64,000 nt of DNA, from the NCBI RefSeq assembly GCF_006345805.1, contig NC_042998.1, forward strand, positions 69,626,001-69,690,000, written 5' to 3'. The stretch comes from Octopus sinensis. Taxonomy: Eukaryota. Below, in pieces: positions 26,531 through 39,880 of this stretch (position 1 is its first letter; every line of letters starts with the position of its first letter). A program made the translations under genes and the position numbers. Under the pieces are notes generated by a model. It saw only the letters and a list, made by a program, of their open reading frames with translations. It made no database searches and was not told the DNA's origin.

Positions 26531-27542
26531 AATTAGATTATATATATAATATATGATATATATATATTATAATATATATATATATATATGCTGCTACTAC
26601 TACTACTGCTGCAAATAACAACTCTATAGATAATACAACATTTATACATTGTAGACATCACAATCTAAGACACACATATATGACATGCATATGTTACACA
26701 CGGTGGACGTCGTAATGCAGCACACATTCCATGACAACACCCTCGCACGCACACACATGCACGAGCGTATATACGCATAAAACACACAGATTCTCTCCCT
26801 CACGTACACTGTGATCACTACACACACACACACACACACACACTCACTGTAACTACACAGTAACACACACAGAGATACACTATATATCAAACTATATAAG
26901 ACAAAGACATTACAGGTCCATACATGTTTCATACTGTATCTAACAAGTGCAAATGGCGAAACAAGATGCTTAGAATTAAAGAGAAAAACCAACAGAAACA
27001 ATAAAAATGCCAGCCTAGCAAGAACTGGCAATGTTGAACTGTACAACAAGTAGACAAATGCCATTACAGAAATGCATCTCAATTCACCATTATCAATTTG
27101 AAGCATCGTATCTTGGTTTCGCAACTGCAATTCTTACATCAAATGCTATGCTTGACTCGTTAAGTCACTGAAAGCTTACTTCCATTTCAATATGGTTGAT
27201 CATTGTTCTCCTCTTTCTCCCTTCGCGCGCTCTCTCTCTCCCTTTCTTTTCCCCCCTCTCTCCCTCCTTTTCTGTATCTTTAACTCCCCCCCCCGCTCAT
27301 CTCTTCCTATCTCTCACTTCCCCGTCTTTCTTTTCCCCCCTTTTCCAACCAGCACTTTTCGTTTCCACTTTGATGTTAGTCTTCGATAAAGGCTTTCCTG
27401 GTTTCGTTCCCGCTGTGTTTCAATAACAACCGAATGCCAGACCACCACCACCACCACCACCACCACCACCACCGCCACCATCATTATCATAACACTGCCA
27501 TCACCCCCCCGCCTCTACTACCACATATCAACAACAAAACTT

Positions 27543-27609
<67 letters not shown>

Positions 27610-28131
27610 GCCGCCGCCACCCCTCTACTTGCAACAATATTGCCACTAAAACATCACTATCACCAATACCACTACAACCACCTCCAATACCATCACCACT
27701 ACCACCATCTCTACCACTTCCACCGTCACTAATACTATCTTTCAACAACGACAATATTTCCATTGCCACTATCAGTACTGCCACCAGTGCTACCAACTAT
27801 CAGTACTACCACTACTACCAACACTACTCACACTACCACCAAAAACTACCACTTCCACCACCAACACCTCTACAATTACCAGTTCTAACGGTACCATTAT
27901 TACATCTATCATTGCTAACATCCCCATTCTCTCAGCAACAACATTTTCTGTATCACCACCACGAACGTCACAACTGCCACTACTACCATACCATCATCCT
28001 CCCTCCACCATCCTCACCATCCCCACCAACTCCCACCCCCCGCCACCAGCAACATCACTTGTACCATAACCACTACCAATACTAATACCAGCACCACAAT
28101 CAAGGACACGAACATCACAAACATCGTACCT

Positions 28132-28361
28132 ATTTCTTTACTACCCACAAGGGGCCAAACACAGAGGGGACAAACAAGGACAGACAAGCGGATTAAGTCG
28201 ATTATATCGACCCCAGTGCGTAACTGGTACTTATTTAATCGACCCCGAAAGGATGAAAGGCAAAGTCGACCTCGGCGGAATTTGAACTCAGAACATAGCA
28301 GCAGACGAAATACCGCTGAGCATTTCGCCCGCCGCGCTAACGTTTCTGCTAGCTCGCCGCC
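28132..28361 (-). mobile_element. SINE family A, full length, 10-bp TSD
   Basis: TSD CATCGTACCT at 28122-28131 and 28361-28370 (AGGTACGATG in element sense). Confidence 0.92.
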
Positions 28362-28493
28362 ATCGTACCTCCCCCACAAATACCGTCATTAGTAAGCCTC
28401 ATCCCATCCCCACCCCATGACTTTGATTATGGACAGTAAGACGTCTGCTGGTGAAACTGTTTCTAATGCTTTCCAATCACATTGCATCCTCCT

Positions 28494-29066
28494 ATACCTA
28501 TTTCTTTACTACCCACCAGGGGCTAAGCACTGAGAGGACAAACAAGGACAGACAAACGGGTTAATTCGATTATATCGACCCCAGTGCGTTACTGGTACTT
28601 ATTTAATCGACTCCGAAAGGATGAAAAGCAAAGTCGACCTCGGCGAAATTTGAACTCAGAACGTAAAGACAGACGAAATGCCTATTTCTTTACTACCCAC
28701 CAGGGGCTAAGCACACAGAGGACAAACAAGGACAGACAAACGGGTTAATTCGATTATATCGACCCCAGTGCGTTACTGGTACTTATTTAATCGACCCCGA
28801 AAGGATGAAAGGCAAAGTCGACCTCGGCGGAATTTGAACTCACAACGTAACGGCAGCCGAAATACCTATTTCTTTATTACCCACAAGGGGCTAAACACAG
28901 AGGGAACAAACAAGGGCAGACATAGGTATTAAGTCGATTACATCGACCCCAGTTCGTAACTGGTACTTAATTTATCGACCCCGAAAGGATGAAAGGCAAA
29001 GTCGACCTCGGCGGAATTTGAACTCACAACGTAACGCAGCCGAAATACCGCTACGCATTTCGTCCG
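28494..29066 (-). mobile_element. Three head-to-tail SINE A units (about 185 bp each)
   Basis: Junctions at about 28681 and 28863 read AAAGAAATA-GGCATTTCG and AAAGAAATA-GGTATTTCG in element sense. Confidence 0.9.
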
Positions 29067-29267
29067 ACCGAAGTTGCTTGTTTGGTCCAGGTGGAATTGG
29101 TTCAGATGAGCTGTATACATTTTATGTATTAGATTCTGGCATGAAGTTGGATAGTAATTCTTTACCAGATTCTTTGTTACTTAGTATCAGGGGTTTTTTT
29201 TGTGTCAGCGTTAACCAGCTTGGTTGTATTTATATCTTCTCCAAAAGCTTACGGTCGTTGTTGATAC

Positions 29268-29481
29268 TAGAGGGCGATGAAAAGTTCCTGGCTTTGGGTA
29301 AAATAAAATACAAGAGGATCAGTTAATTATGATTTTATTCAACATATTCCCCTCTCAGATTGACACACTTATTGCAGCAATCCAGTTTTTCTAAACCCTG
29401 TAAAAGAAGTCGGAAGGTTGGGCTTTCAACCAGGCCTTTCGCGACACCCTTAAATCCAGGAACTTCTCAGCACCCCTCTTA
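29268..29481. mobile_element. mariner-type MITE (partial copy at 20414-20527)
   Basis: Imperfect TIRs GAGGG.G.TGA.AAGTTCCTGG.TTT at both ends, TA-like flanks. Confidence 0.75.
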
Positions 29482-29797
29482 AATATCTTTGATAAAAGGT
29501 CGATTTTTAGCAACAAATAACCGACAATCAAGTCTCGTTCTGGTGGTCTTCTAGCCTTAAATTTTCCCACAATCACCAACGGCTCCACCTGCACCACCAC
29601 CAGTACCATCACCATCATTAACACTAGCCGTACCAGTTCACTACCACGACAACACTGTTTGCTTCTGAAGTAATGTAGGAACAATGTTTCTTGTAGCCGC
29701 ACTGCATCCTGGTTAAACCTATTTTTCTCACTCCAGATGTTTCTCTTCGAACCTTAGGATTGGACTTGGTTGGGCAACCTTTGATAAGAACAAAATT

Positions 29798-30426
29798 GGG
29801 ATCTTTTCCTTTTGAATGGCAGATGTCAATACAATTTCTAGTTAACTAAACACTTTTAAACTTCGTATACTGGTAGAATGTGTTTATAAAACATTATTTT
29901 CTCTTGGTTTTATTGAGAAAATTCTATAGTTTGTAAGATATTTCGTCTGAAAATCCGAGCATTTCGGCAATTTTAACCAATCGATTACCTCCATTCTACT
30001 AAAATCATTTGCTGCGTCTAAAACTGAGACAACATCCTGTAACTAACCCTAAACCTCCCCCCTAACTCTAAATTTTTTTCTTAATTGTTAAATTAATTTA
30101 ATTTCATTGCTTTAGTTTTTTTTACACGCGTAACAAATAAATTAATTTAACAATTAAGAAAAATAAAATTTAGGGTTAGGGGGAGGTTTAGGGTTAGTTA
30201 CAGGATGTTGTCTCAGTTTTAGACGCAGCAAATGATTTTAGCTCAAAAGAGGGCATAGGATTGGTTAAAATTCGAAAAATTAAACTACGTTAAACAAACA
30301 AATTACAATTTTCTCAAGAAAGCAAAGAGAAAACAATGTTTTATTTTGACACATTCTACCAGTATACGAAGTTTTAAAGTGTTTAGTTAACTAGAAATTG
30401 TCTGCCGTTCAAAAGGAAAAGATTCC
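29798..30426. mobile_element. Foldback/MITE element with ~290-bp inverted arms
   Basis: Ends GGGATCTTTTCCTTTTGAATGGCAG and CTGCCGTTCAAAAGGAAAAGATTCC; AAAATT on both flanks (29792-29797, 30427-30432); short AT-rich spacer. Confidence 0.85.
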
Positions 30427-30700
30427 AAAATTGCACTTACTTCAAAATGAATCCTAAACCGCATAAAATCAAGCATCTACAGCATCTGTGTTCATCCAAT
30501 AGTTTTATATGGGCGAGAATGTACCAACTGGACGTCTGCTGCACTACAGAAACAAGAAATCCTATAGTGTGAAATCATATAGTGTGAAACTCTCAGATCA
30601 TGCCAGAATTGAAGATCTCAGGCAAATAACCGAATTAACACCAATACCCTTCGTTATCAAATTTAAATACAGTTTTATATTTAAGAAATGAGGAATTATG

Positions 30701-30856
30701 TACATTATTTACATTTGACGGATATTTGTCCTCATTTTGTTTGTTGTTTCGGCTAATATACCCTCCAACCTTCATCAGGTATCTTGGGGAAATTTCGAAC
30801 CTGGGTTCTCATTCCTAAGGTATTTTTCGATGTTATTATTATTATTATTATTATTA

Positions 30857-30887
<31 letters not shown>

Positions 30888-31078
30888 GTTATTATTATTA
30901 TTATTCAGGTCACTGCCTGGAATTGAACTCGGAATCTTGGGGTTAGTAGCCCGCGCTCTTAACCACTACGCCCAAGACACCTGATGAAGGCTGGAAGGTA
31001 TATCAGCCGAAACGTTGTGTTAAGAACAAACAAGATGAGGACAAATATCCGTCAAACGTAGATCATGTAAATAATGTA
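30701..31078. repeat. Inverted pair of Penelope-like termini around a (TTA)n tract and a SINE head
   Basis: 30701-30789 is the reverse complement of about 30971-31078, and each arm carries the hammerhead core. The spacer holds (TTA)n and a minus-strand tRNA-like head at about 30903-30972. Confidence 0.8.
30976..31021 (+). ncRNA. Minimal type I hammerhead ribozyme motif (Penelope-type)
   Basis: GACAC-CTGATGA-A-GGCTG..CAGCC-GAAA-CGTT-GTGTT. Stem I is 5 bp and stem II 5-6 bp, the core is intact with one extra A after A9, and stem III is collapsed to the palindrome ACGT. Confidence 0.7.
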
Positions 31079-31374
31079 TCAAATTTAAAGTACTTAAACT
31101 GCTTGGCCGCACTAAGCAAACGGTTTGTAGCATTAGCCAGATCTGTTAGGAAGGCATGGTTAATGGAAAGAGAAACAGTGGTCGGCAACTTTAGAGATGT
31201 AGAGATAAACATCACAGCATGAACAGGTCTTGGCATGATCTCTATAAACGCTCTTGCCAAAGATCATATATTGTGGAGGCAATTATCTCACGTTGGTGCA
31301 CATTCTGCCACAAGCGGATATAGCGGGAAATGATGAGATGTTTACTCCAGAATGAATTCGTAATACCCTAAGAA

Positions 31375-31858
31375 GTTCAAATTCCGCCGAGGTTGACTTT
31401 ACCTTTCATCCTTTCGGGGTCGATTAAATAAGTACCTGTTACGCACTGGAGTCGATGTAATCGACTTAATACCTATGTCTGTCCTTGTTTGCCCCCTCTA
31501 TGTTCAGCCCCTTGCGGGTAATAAAGAAATAGATATTTCGTCTGCCGCTACGTTCTGAGTTCAAATTCCGCCGAGGTCGACTTTGCCTTTCATCCTTTCG
31601 GGGTCGATAAATTAAGTACCAGTTACGCACTGGTGTCGATATAATTGACTTAATCCGTTTTTCTGTCCTTGTTTGTCCCCTCTGTGTTTAGCCCCTTGTG
31701 GATAGTAAAGAAATAGGTATTTCTTCTACCTTTTCGTTCTGAGTTTACCTTTCAGCTTTTCGGAGTCGATAAAATAAATACAAGTTGAACACTGGGGTCG
31801 ATGCCATCGACTAGATCCTCCCTCAAAATTCCAAGCCTTGGGCCTATATTAGAAAGAA
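31375..31858 (+). mobile_element. Tandem SINE array A-A-C
   Basis: Junctions AAAGAAATA-GATATTTCG (31532) and AAAGAAATA-GGTATTTC (31716). The last unit has the family C tail (...GCCTTGGGCCTATATTAGAAAG). Confidence 0.85.
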
Positions 31859-32189
31859 GAAAAAAAAATATCATGAGAACGAATTCTTTTTTTATTGACT
31901 GTCCTTTCATCTCTTTAGATTACTGATTATTTTGGTTGAATTTCTGGTTAATTATTATTTTTTTTCAGTTACTCTCTTCTAATAACCATTTCTACTCCAG
32001 GCACAAGACCCGAAATTTTGGGGGAGAGGGCCAGTCGATTAGATCGACCCCAGTACGCGACTGGTACTTAATTTATCGACCCTGAAAGGATGAAAGGCAA
32101 AGTCAACCTCGGCAGAATTTGAACTCAGAACGTAAAGACAGACGAAATACTGCTAAGCATTTCGCCCGGCGTGCTGATGCTGCTTATCA

Positions 32190-33000
32190 ACTACCTTTAA
32201 CACCTATTTGTAGGCGATCAGACATATTCAAGAATTACCTTTTTAATTTGTTCATGAGGAGGTACTTCAAGGCTAAAACCACTAAAAGAATAAATGAATA
32301 CATTATTTTCCAATTTTTCTCAGGGAAATTCGTTTGTAATTATCGTCACATAGTCGATGGTCTTCTAGTGTTGAATGATTTTCACTGTTTACCAAGTACA
32401 CAATGACACTTGTAGCAAGGGAATATAGAGAGGCGTTTATTTGTCAAAACGATGAGATATTACTTTGTTAAAGATATTCCTCTTTATATTGTTAATCAAT
32501 GTCAACATCATCTCTGTAGGTCTCTTATCAATGTTAGATAAATATGTTCTATCTTGAACCCGTAGTTTTAGAAACGAATTAATTTTGTCTTGAACCATTT
32601 CATTAAGAATACCTTTCAAGTGTTTATATCCTTCGTTCTCCCCGCTAACAATACATTTATTATCACGAATACAACTACGGTCACTGGAAGCTTCACTGCG
32701 AACTGACATCGTAGCTGAAGCTGTCTTATTATCACACACGATGCCATAATTATTTCAATCATACTGTGTTCTGTTTACTAGAATATATCGTTCGTTTACT
32801 TTTAATTGATTTGTTGAGAAATAATGTAGCTCTGGGTTAGGTTTGTCCCATTACAATTTCATTCTACTCATAAATTCAACTGTGGGATTAATTTGTGACA
32901 TAGCAGTTAAGTTCATAAACACAAGAGCAGAATTTCTATACACTCTACAACAAATAAGATTTTGTTTACGTTCTCCGGTTGTCTTTGTTCGGTTGACAAA
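32190..33000 (-). mobile_element. Decayed N-terminal region of an RLE-type (R4-like) LINE ORF
   Basis: Minus-strand fragments MSRMKL.WDKPNPEL, RTYLSNIDKRPT and VPPHEQIK resemble the pre-RT region of R4/Dong ORFs; many stops. Confidence 0.4.
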
Positions 33001-33282
33001 TCAGTCTTGTTTTGTAGCAAGTCCCTCTATGATATTTTCTACATATAAGCACAATCGTATTTTTAAAAACGTTGTTCGGTTCGTCTCGCTTTTTTCTTTC
33101 TACCCGCCTGCTCTTTTTGTAACAGCTAGTGTTAAGTTTAAACAAATGTTTTGGCAAGCTACGGGCCCATAGTTTTCTTCCCCGTAAGTACTTTCATTCG
33201 TACCTACAAGACAGGGTCCGTGTTACTGTAAGCCAACTTTGAATGTTAGTCTGACCTTCTACATTTTACACACACACTCACA

Positions 33283-33519
33283 GAGTGGCGGACTGGGTGT
33301 AAAAATATTGGTTTGTTTTGCTAAAAGTATTCTTTTCAACTGTCTACAAACATAGCCAGGCTGAAACAATTAATGGTTTCTTCCAAGAGTGAATAAAAAA
33401 TTCTCAAACTTGCGGGGATGGGCCCCTTAGATACTAACATGGGCTCCATATATGGATTCTAATGGCGCAGGGGCCCACTTGTCATCGGGCAAACCGGCAG
33501 CCACGCCAGTCCGCCACTG
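33283..33519. mobile_element. hAT-like MITE in a (CA)n tract
   Basis: TIRs (G)AGTGGCGGACTGG (33283-33296) and CCAGTCCGCCACTG (33506-33519); no exact 8-bp TSD. Confidence 0.55.
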
Positions 33520-33567
33520 CCACACACACATACACACACAATATATACGTTATTAATGTCGAACAAA

Positions 33568-33772
33568 TACTCTTTTACTTGTTTCAGTCACTTGACTGTG
33601 GCCATGCTGGAGCACCGCCTTTAGTCGAGCAAATCGACCCCAGGACTCATTCTTTGTATTTATTCTATCGGTCTCTTTAACCAAACCACTAAGTCACGGG
33701 GACGTAAACACACCAGCATCGGTTGTCAAGCGATGTTGGGGGGTGGGGGCCAAATACATACACACACAGACG

Positions 33773-33820
<48 letters not shown>

Positions 33821-33977
33821 GGGCTTTCATTTTCCGTCTACCAAATCCACCCACAAGGCTTTGGTCGGCCCGAGGCTATAGTAGAAGACACCTGCCCAAG
33901 GTTCCACGCAGTGGGACTGAACTCAGAACCATGTGGTTGGTAAGCAAGCTACTTACCACACAGCCACTCCTGTGCCT
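33568..33977 (-). mobile_element. SINE family B
   Basis: Homologous to 13971-14382. Confidence 0.88.
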
Positions 33978-34120
33978 ATGAGAAAGGATGTTCAATAAAT
34001 GCTGCAGAGGATAGTTTTTGAAATTAAAACTGAACCAGAGTTTGTCTCCCGACTCGAGTATTATGCCAGTGCGATCATCATGCGGCATGTATGTGTGTGT
34101 GTGTGTATGTGGTGTGGTGT

Positions 34121-34179
<59 letters not shown>

Positions 34180-34759
34180 TTGTGTGAGTGCGTGCATTTG
34201 TAGGTGAGTATGTGTATATGTATAAGTGCGCGCGCGTAGGTGTGTATACATATATACACATATATGTGAGTGTGTGCATATGTATGTGTATACGTACTGC
34301 TGAATACACGACCATGCTCAAGTTTTCATTTTCTTTTATTTTGGCTTTTTTTCTATTTCTTGATTTGTTATTTATATTTTATTTCATTAGTACAATTCCA
34401 AGGTCAATAGACAGCCAAGAATTTTCTGTCTTATTTTCTGGCGGAAATGATTTTAAAATCATTTGTTAATGACATTTATTTTTAGGTAAGTATCAGAAGA
34501 ATGCTGTCTTCGTCTAATTATCTCACTTTCTTTCTCTTTCTTCCTCCCCCACATCTCTTCCTCAATCTCTTCCTTTGCCTCTCTCACGTCAGTTTTCATT
34601 CACCATTAGAAAATTATTTGGCTGTAGTAGGTGTTTGGTGTTAGTTTCTTAGGAGAGTTTATTGAGTTTTGTACTGTAATTTGCTATTAACATAGTTTCC
34701 ATGACTGATGTTCTAGATATTTTGAGCATTCTTATTTGGCTCGTTAGATCTGGAGAGAG

Positions 34760-35290
34760 AGGCAGTGCCCAAGGACTTTGCAGGCCTCTATAGACCAGTG
34801 AGATGGATGCCACTAATGTTCCTCTCGAACCTTTGGTAAGTTAACACCTTAGAAAAAGACATGAAGGGAGAGGGAATTCCAGATGTTCTAAGTTCTGGAA
34901 AGGAACAATTAGGCGTAGTGATTAGAGCGGGGTTTGAGTGAGGTGTATTCAACATAGATGATGAAAGGTTAAACGAGTGGGCAGGGAATATCTGGATGAC
35001 AGTGGCGTGAACCCAGCCACATCCGAGGAGCAGAGGCTGTTATAGAAGCAGTTGAAAAGGCAGAGAGAGATGAAAGCGGGCTTGTGGATCAGAGGCTGGA
35101 GTATGACTTGAGTAATTTTATAGTTCTTCTTAATTCACCATTGCAATCAGTTGTTTCTTTTCTGTACGCGCTGTAGAATGTCTAAGCAGCAGCACCAGTC
35201 CAGACGTGAGAGTGACACCCCATTGTAGACATCATTTAAGCTTTGTAGAGTTGGCAATACAAATATCTACATTAAAAGTTGTATTACCAA
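34760..35290 (-). mobile_element. Decayed CR1/L2-like LINE 3' remnant
   Basis: Minus-strand fragments LQPLIHKP..ISLCLF...CSS and a WN.LP-like end, interrupted by frameshifts and stops. Confidence 0.55.
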
Positions 35291-35353
35291 TTAATATTTC
35301 TTTAAAATCTAGTTTTATTCGGTGGTATGAGATATAACGTGTAACAGGTTTTC

Positions 35354-36047
35354 ATTGTCGTCGATGCATAGCCAAACAGAGAGAAAGTGTGGTACAAGTA
35401 TGCCCAAAGTAAGAGACACTGTCACGAAGTTTACAACTTTCGTGTTTGGTATCTAAATTTGTGAATTACATTAGTCATCTAGTTTATTTTGTAGTTTACA
35501 AGCTTGTGGTATGTTGTTGACGAGAAGATTTTTAATTATGGAGTTTTTATTGCACTGCTATTTCGTGATTGGATGTAATGCATGTTATGTTCTGTTTGAT
35601 GAGTTTTTTTGATACATGTTCATCTATTAATTTGGTTCATGTAATATTCTTTATTATTATTATATGTGGTTTGTTTTGATTGGCTGTTGTGTCACATATT
35701 TATTGTATTGAATTTGTTACTGCATTGTTCTAGACTTTGGTCAACTAAATTATTGGATCATCTTTTGTTGACTTGCGTTTGTTTTATTTCTTTTTCTTGT
35801 GTTTGTTTTTAGAGGGAGAATCTAGAAGTTGTCCTTTGTAGAAATTTTATAACTGCTATTTTATATCAATCTATGTGGACACTCACAATTTCCATACATT
35901 TTTAGTCATTTATTGGTAATCTTACTGCATACTAATGTAATATATGTGTTGATTTCTTATTTCTGTATTTACAACTGGTTATAGACCTTGTTGAAGTGAA
36001 CTGAAATTTTTGCCCGAGATATGTTGACCTTCATAGAGGGTAACAAA
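35354..36047 (-). mobile_element. Penelope-like fragment, copy 1 of a near-identical 694-bp pair
   Basis: Matches 53573-54265 with only scattered differences. Minus strand carries CKLQNK..MTNVIHK and YFGHTCTTLS.CLAMHRRQ (GIY-YIG-like). Confidence 0.6.
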
Positions 36048-36382
36048 AATATTTGCGAACTTTTTAGATTACTCGTCTGCACAGCGGCTATGTTGGGGCA
36101 ACTTCCTGAAAGATTCGAAGTATATATGGAGCCATTTACTTATTTTAAAGACTGATACTTATTCTCACGCTTGCATTTTACCAAACCGCCAGGTTACGAG
36201 GGACTCAACAAATCAGTATCAGCTTTCAAGCAGTGGGGGTACACACAAACATACACGTACGCGCGCGCGTGTGTATGTATATATGTATCTATATATATGT
36301 ATGTATACATACACACACACACACACACACACATAAACAAAAAATGGAACAAGAACGTAAGACGTGACAGCAAAACATCCGG

Positions 36383-36446
<64 letters not shown>

Positions 36447-36607
36447 AGTGTTTATTTGAGCTTGTGTATATTTACATACGTAAGTGTATATATGTGTATA
36501 CATACATGCATATACACACATTAATACACACACACACACGTACATATATATATATATTATATATATATATATACATATAAACACACACACATACACACAC
36601 ACTCACT

Positions 36608-36678
<71 letters not shown>

Positions 36679-38345
36679 TTATCAAAGACACACAAACGAT
36701 TTCCACACAGATTACGTCAACCAAATTAATTTACAGGAAGGCGTTGGTGCCGATACAAGAATAAGCGCACTATTTCCAATCTCAGCTAAACTGTCGAGGC
36801 TGACTGAATATAAATTATGAAGCAAGTGAAGTTTGTGGATTAAAAATCTCTGCTCAAGACAAACCGGAAATTAGCCAAACGACTGCCCACGCTGGTAAAA
36901 CCACATGCGAGAAGTGTTCTTTTCATCAGACAGTTCGTGTGACAATTTTCTAAAGACAGGGAGATAAAATTCTCAGCAACAAAACGCTGAAATCCGGATC
37001 TATAATTACTATGTTAATATCAAGTTTATCAGTTTTTATTCTATCTAAAGTTCAAAGTTGCACCCCTTGCTTTTCATTGAAAAGAATTATCATTAACACT
37101 AAAGACGTATTCCTTACAGGTATAATTTCAATCACTTAAAAATGAATTTTGTAACACTGCATTTTGTATTTTTGTTCCCTCTAGTTTCAGCTCAGAGCTG
37201 TGGCCGTGCTGATACACCACCGTTTTGCTACACTGTTATTATTAAGAGCCTCCTCTAATATGTGGCACTTGGTGAAGAATGGAGTTTGATATAGCTACCC
37301 TCATTTGCACCTCTTGCAGTGAGGTAGGCTCATCTGGGACTCTCAACAGGAAGAGGTCCAGCTTTGATTTAAAAACCCCTATTTTATGACTATATTGTTC
37401 ATGCTGAAGGCATCCTTGGAATACTTACACACACACACACGCACACACACACACGCACGCACGCACACACACACACACGTACACCCGCATGCACACACAC
37501 ACTATTACTTGACTGTATCTGTGCATATATGTTTGTGAGCGTGTGTGCGTATGTGCGCGCGTGTATGCGTGTGTGCGTGTGTTTGTCGTGTGTGTGTGTG
37601 TTTTGTACCGTTGCATTTCAAATCGCATCAGCTAATATTATGGATTATGTTAATTTCATTTCAAGTAAATATGACGACAAAGTTTCGCTGGAGTTCACTA
37701 TTAAATCGTTCTCCTCACTTTGATCCCAGAGAATTAGACAGACGAGAACTAGAAGAAAGCCGTGTATGACTTATTTTAATTGAAGTACATCCTACTTAGA
37801 TCTTATACGTGCTCTGTATTTAATGGCGGAAGAAGCTAAAGAAGAAAGAAAATACCATAACAAAATACAAACAAATGTGTCTTCTCCACTGGAGAGCTAA
37901 CATACATTAAGCAAATCGCTGACGAGAAGTTTCGTTATTCTAGGGTAATGTCTAGCCTTTTGTTCCTCCTTTACTAATATCTTCTACCAACATATTTGTT
38001 TTATGCTGCAACTATTGGGTGGTTGTGTGGGAAGCAGTGAGTGGTGAGAGGGAAAAGTGATGGAAAGGCCCGCGAGGAACAGTGGTTGGTGTAACACGAC
38101 TTCAGACTGCCTTGTTTATCTGCAATTTTAAAATTAACAGCAGATCATAGAAAGATGGAGGTTTGTGTATGAGTGTGTGTGTGTGTGTGTGACGACGGTT
38201 GAGGAGAAAGAGAGAGAGAGAGAGAGAGAGGGAGGGAGAGAGTGACAGGGAGAGGAGAGGAAGCGGAGGAGGACAAACGTAGGAGTAATAGAGAGTCTCC
38301 TAAAGATGTTCCGAGCCTGTGTGAGTGATGTGTGTGTGTGTGTGT

Positions 38346-38422
<77 letters not shown>

Positions 38423-38967
38423 TGTGTAGGTGGTGTCAGATGGTGATCAGCCCTCGAGATTCGTTAATGGATAGTAAACGTGGCAACTTGAGAGGCAGGC
38501 AGACAGGCAGGCAGGCAATCAGACAGAGTGAGGCTGATGGGGGTGGGGGTGTTGTTTACGCGCGCTTACACACACACACACGAACGCGCGTGCACGCACA
38601 CACACACACATACACACACTAACACACATACCGGAACATTTCGACCTTTTTTTCCCGCTTCTCTCTTTTTTTTTTTTAAGTATTTTATTTCCGCCGTCAT
38701 CGAATCTGATTAAAGTTAATTCAATATGGCGGTGTATCAGACTGGCGAAAAGATAAACTATCAATTTATACTCAAGATTTGATTATCCACTTCGCTGTCT
38801 TAGCGTTAACATAGAAGAAAAACATTGGAGAGAAGTGAAAAACCGGAGAGAAGTGAAACTAAACCGGGGATCGTAAAGACATCCCTGCTTTCAGTGAAAA
38901 CCTCCACAGTTGAGAGTTAAAATATTCAAATTTAAAATTAATTATTTAATGAACTTTACTCTCTCTC

Positions 38968-39174
38968 TCTTTTACTCTTTTCAGTCATTTGACTGCAGCC
39001 ATGCTAGAGCACCGCCTTTAGTCGAGCAAATCGATCCTGGGACTTATTCTTTGTAAGCCTAGTACTTATTCTATCGGTCTCTTTTGCCGGGAACGTAAAC
39101 ACACCAGCATCGGTTGTCAAGCAATGCTAGACACTCAAACATATACACACACATACATATATATAAAGCCTTGG

Positions 39175-39212
<38 letters not shown>

Positions 39213-39357
39213 ACATATACATACGACAGGCTTCTTTCAGTTTCCGTCTACCAAATCCACTCACAAGACACTTGCCCAAGATGCCACGCAGTGGGACTGA
39301 ACCCGGAACCATGTGGTTGATTAGCAAACTACTTACCACACAGCCACTCCTGCGCCT
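38968..39357 (-). mobile_element. SINE family B
   Basis: Homologous to 13971-14382, with internal deletions. Confidence 0.85.
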
Positions 39358-39880
39358 ATATAAATTTTACTGTCTAAAATTTATATATATTAAAAATAAT
39401 TGGCTGATTTGGTTGGTTAGTAGATTAGTTGGTCGAGGCTGTTGACATCTCTCACTTGCAATTCTTAATAGTCTGTTATATTAAGGCGACGAGCTCGCTG
39501 AATCGTGAGCACGCCGGACGAAATGCCGTTAAACATTTCTTCCGTCTTTACGTTCTGAGTTCAAATTTAACTGAGGTCGACTCTGACTTTCATCCTTTTC
39601 TGGATCGATAATATAAGTACCAGCTTAGCACTGGGGTCGCTGTAATCGACGCACCCCTCCCCCGAACCTGCTGGCCTTGTGCCAAAATTCGAAACCAATA
39701 ATCTGTCATATAAAAGTAAAAATTGTTTTTACACTGACAAGATACCCCTACTACAGTCAAAAAGAAGACTAGATAGCGAAATTATCTAGTATTATTGGAT
39801 AAAATGTGACACAAGCGAATCCATATAACTAGTCTTCGGTCGAGCGAATAACAACAGCAATGATAATTATCTTTTCTACA

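Noticed and set aside
28494-29066. Repeated ~185-bp units that could look like a CRISPR array or tRNA cluster
   Set aside because: There are no unique spacers and no cas genes, the context is eukaryotic, and the units are SINE bodies without full cloverleaves.
30040-30195. TTAGGG motifs as an interstitial telomere
   Set aside because: Only two or three imperfect units, mirrored as part of a foldback element's arms.
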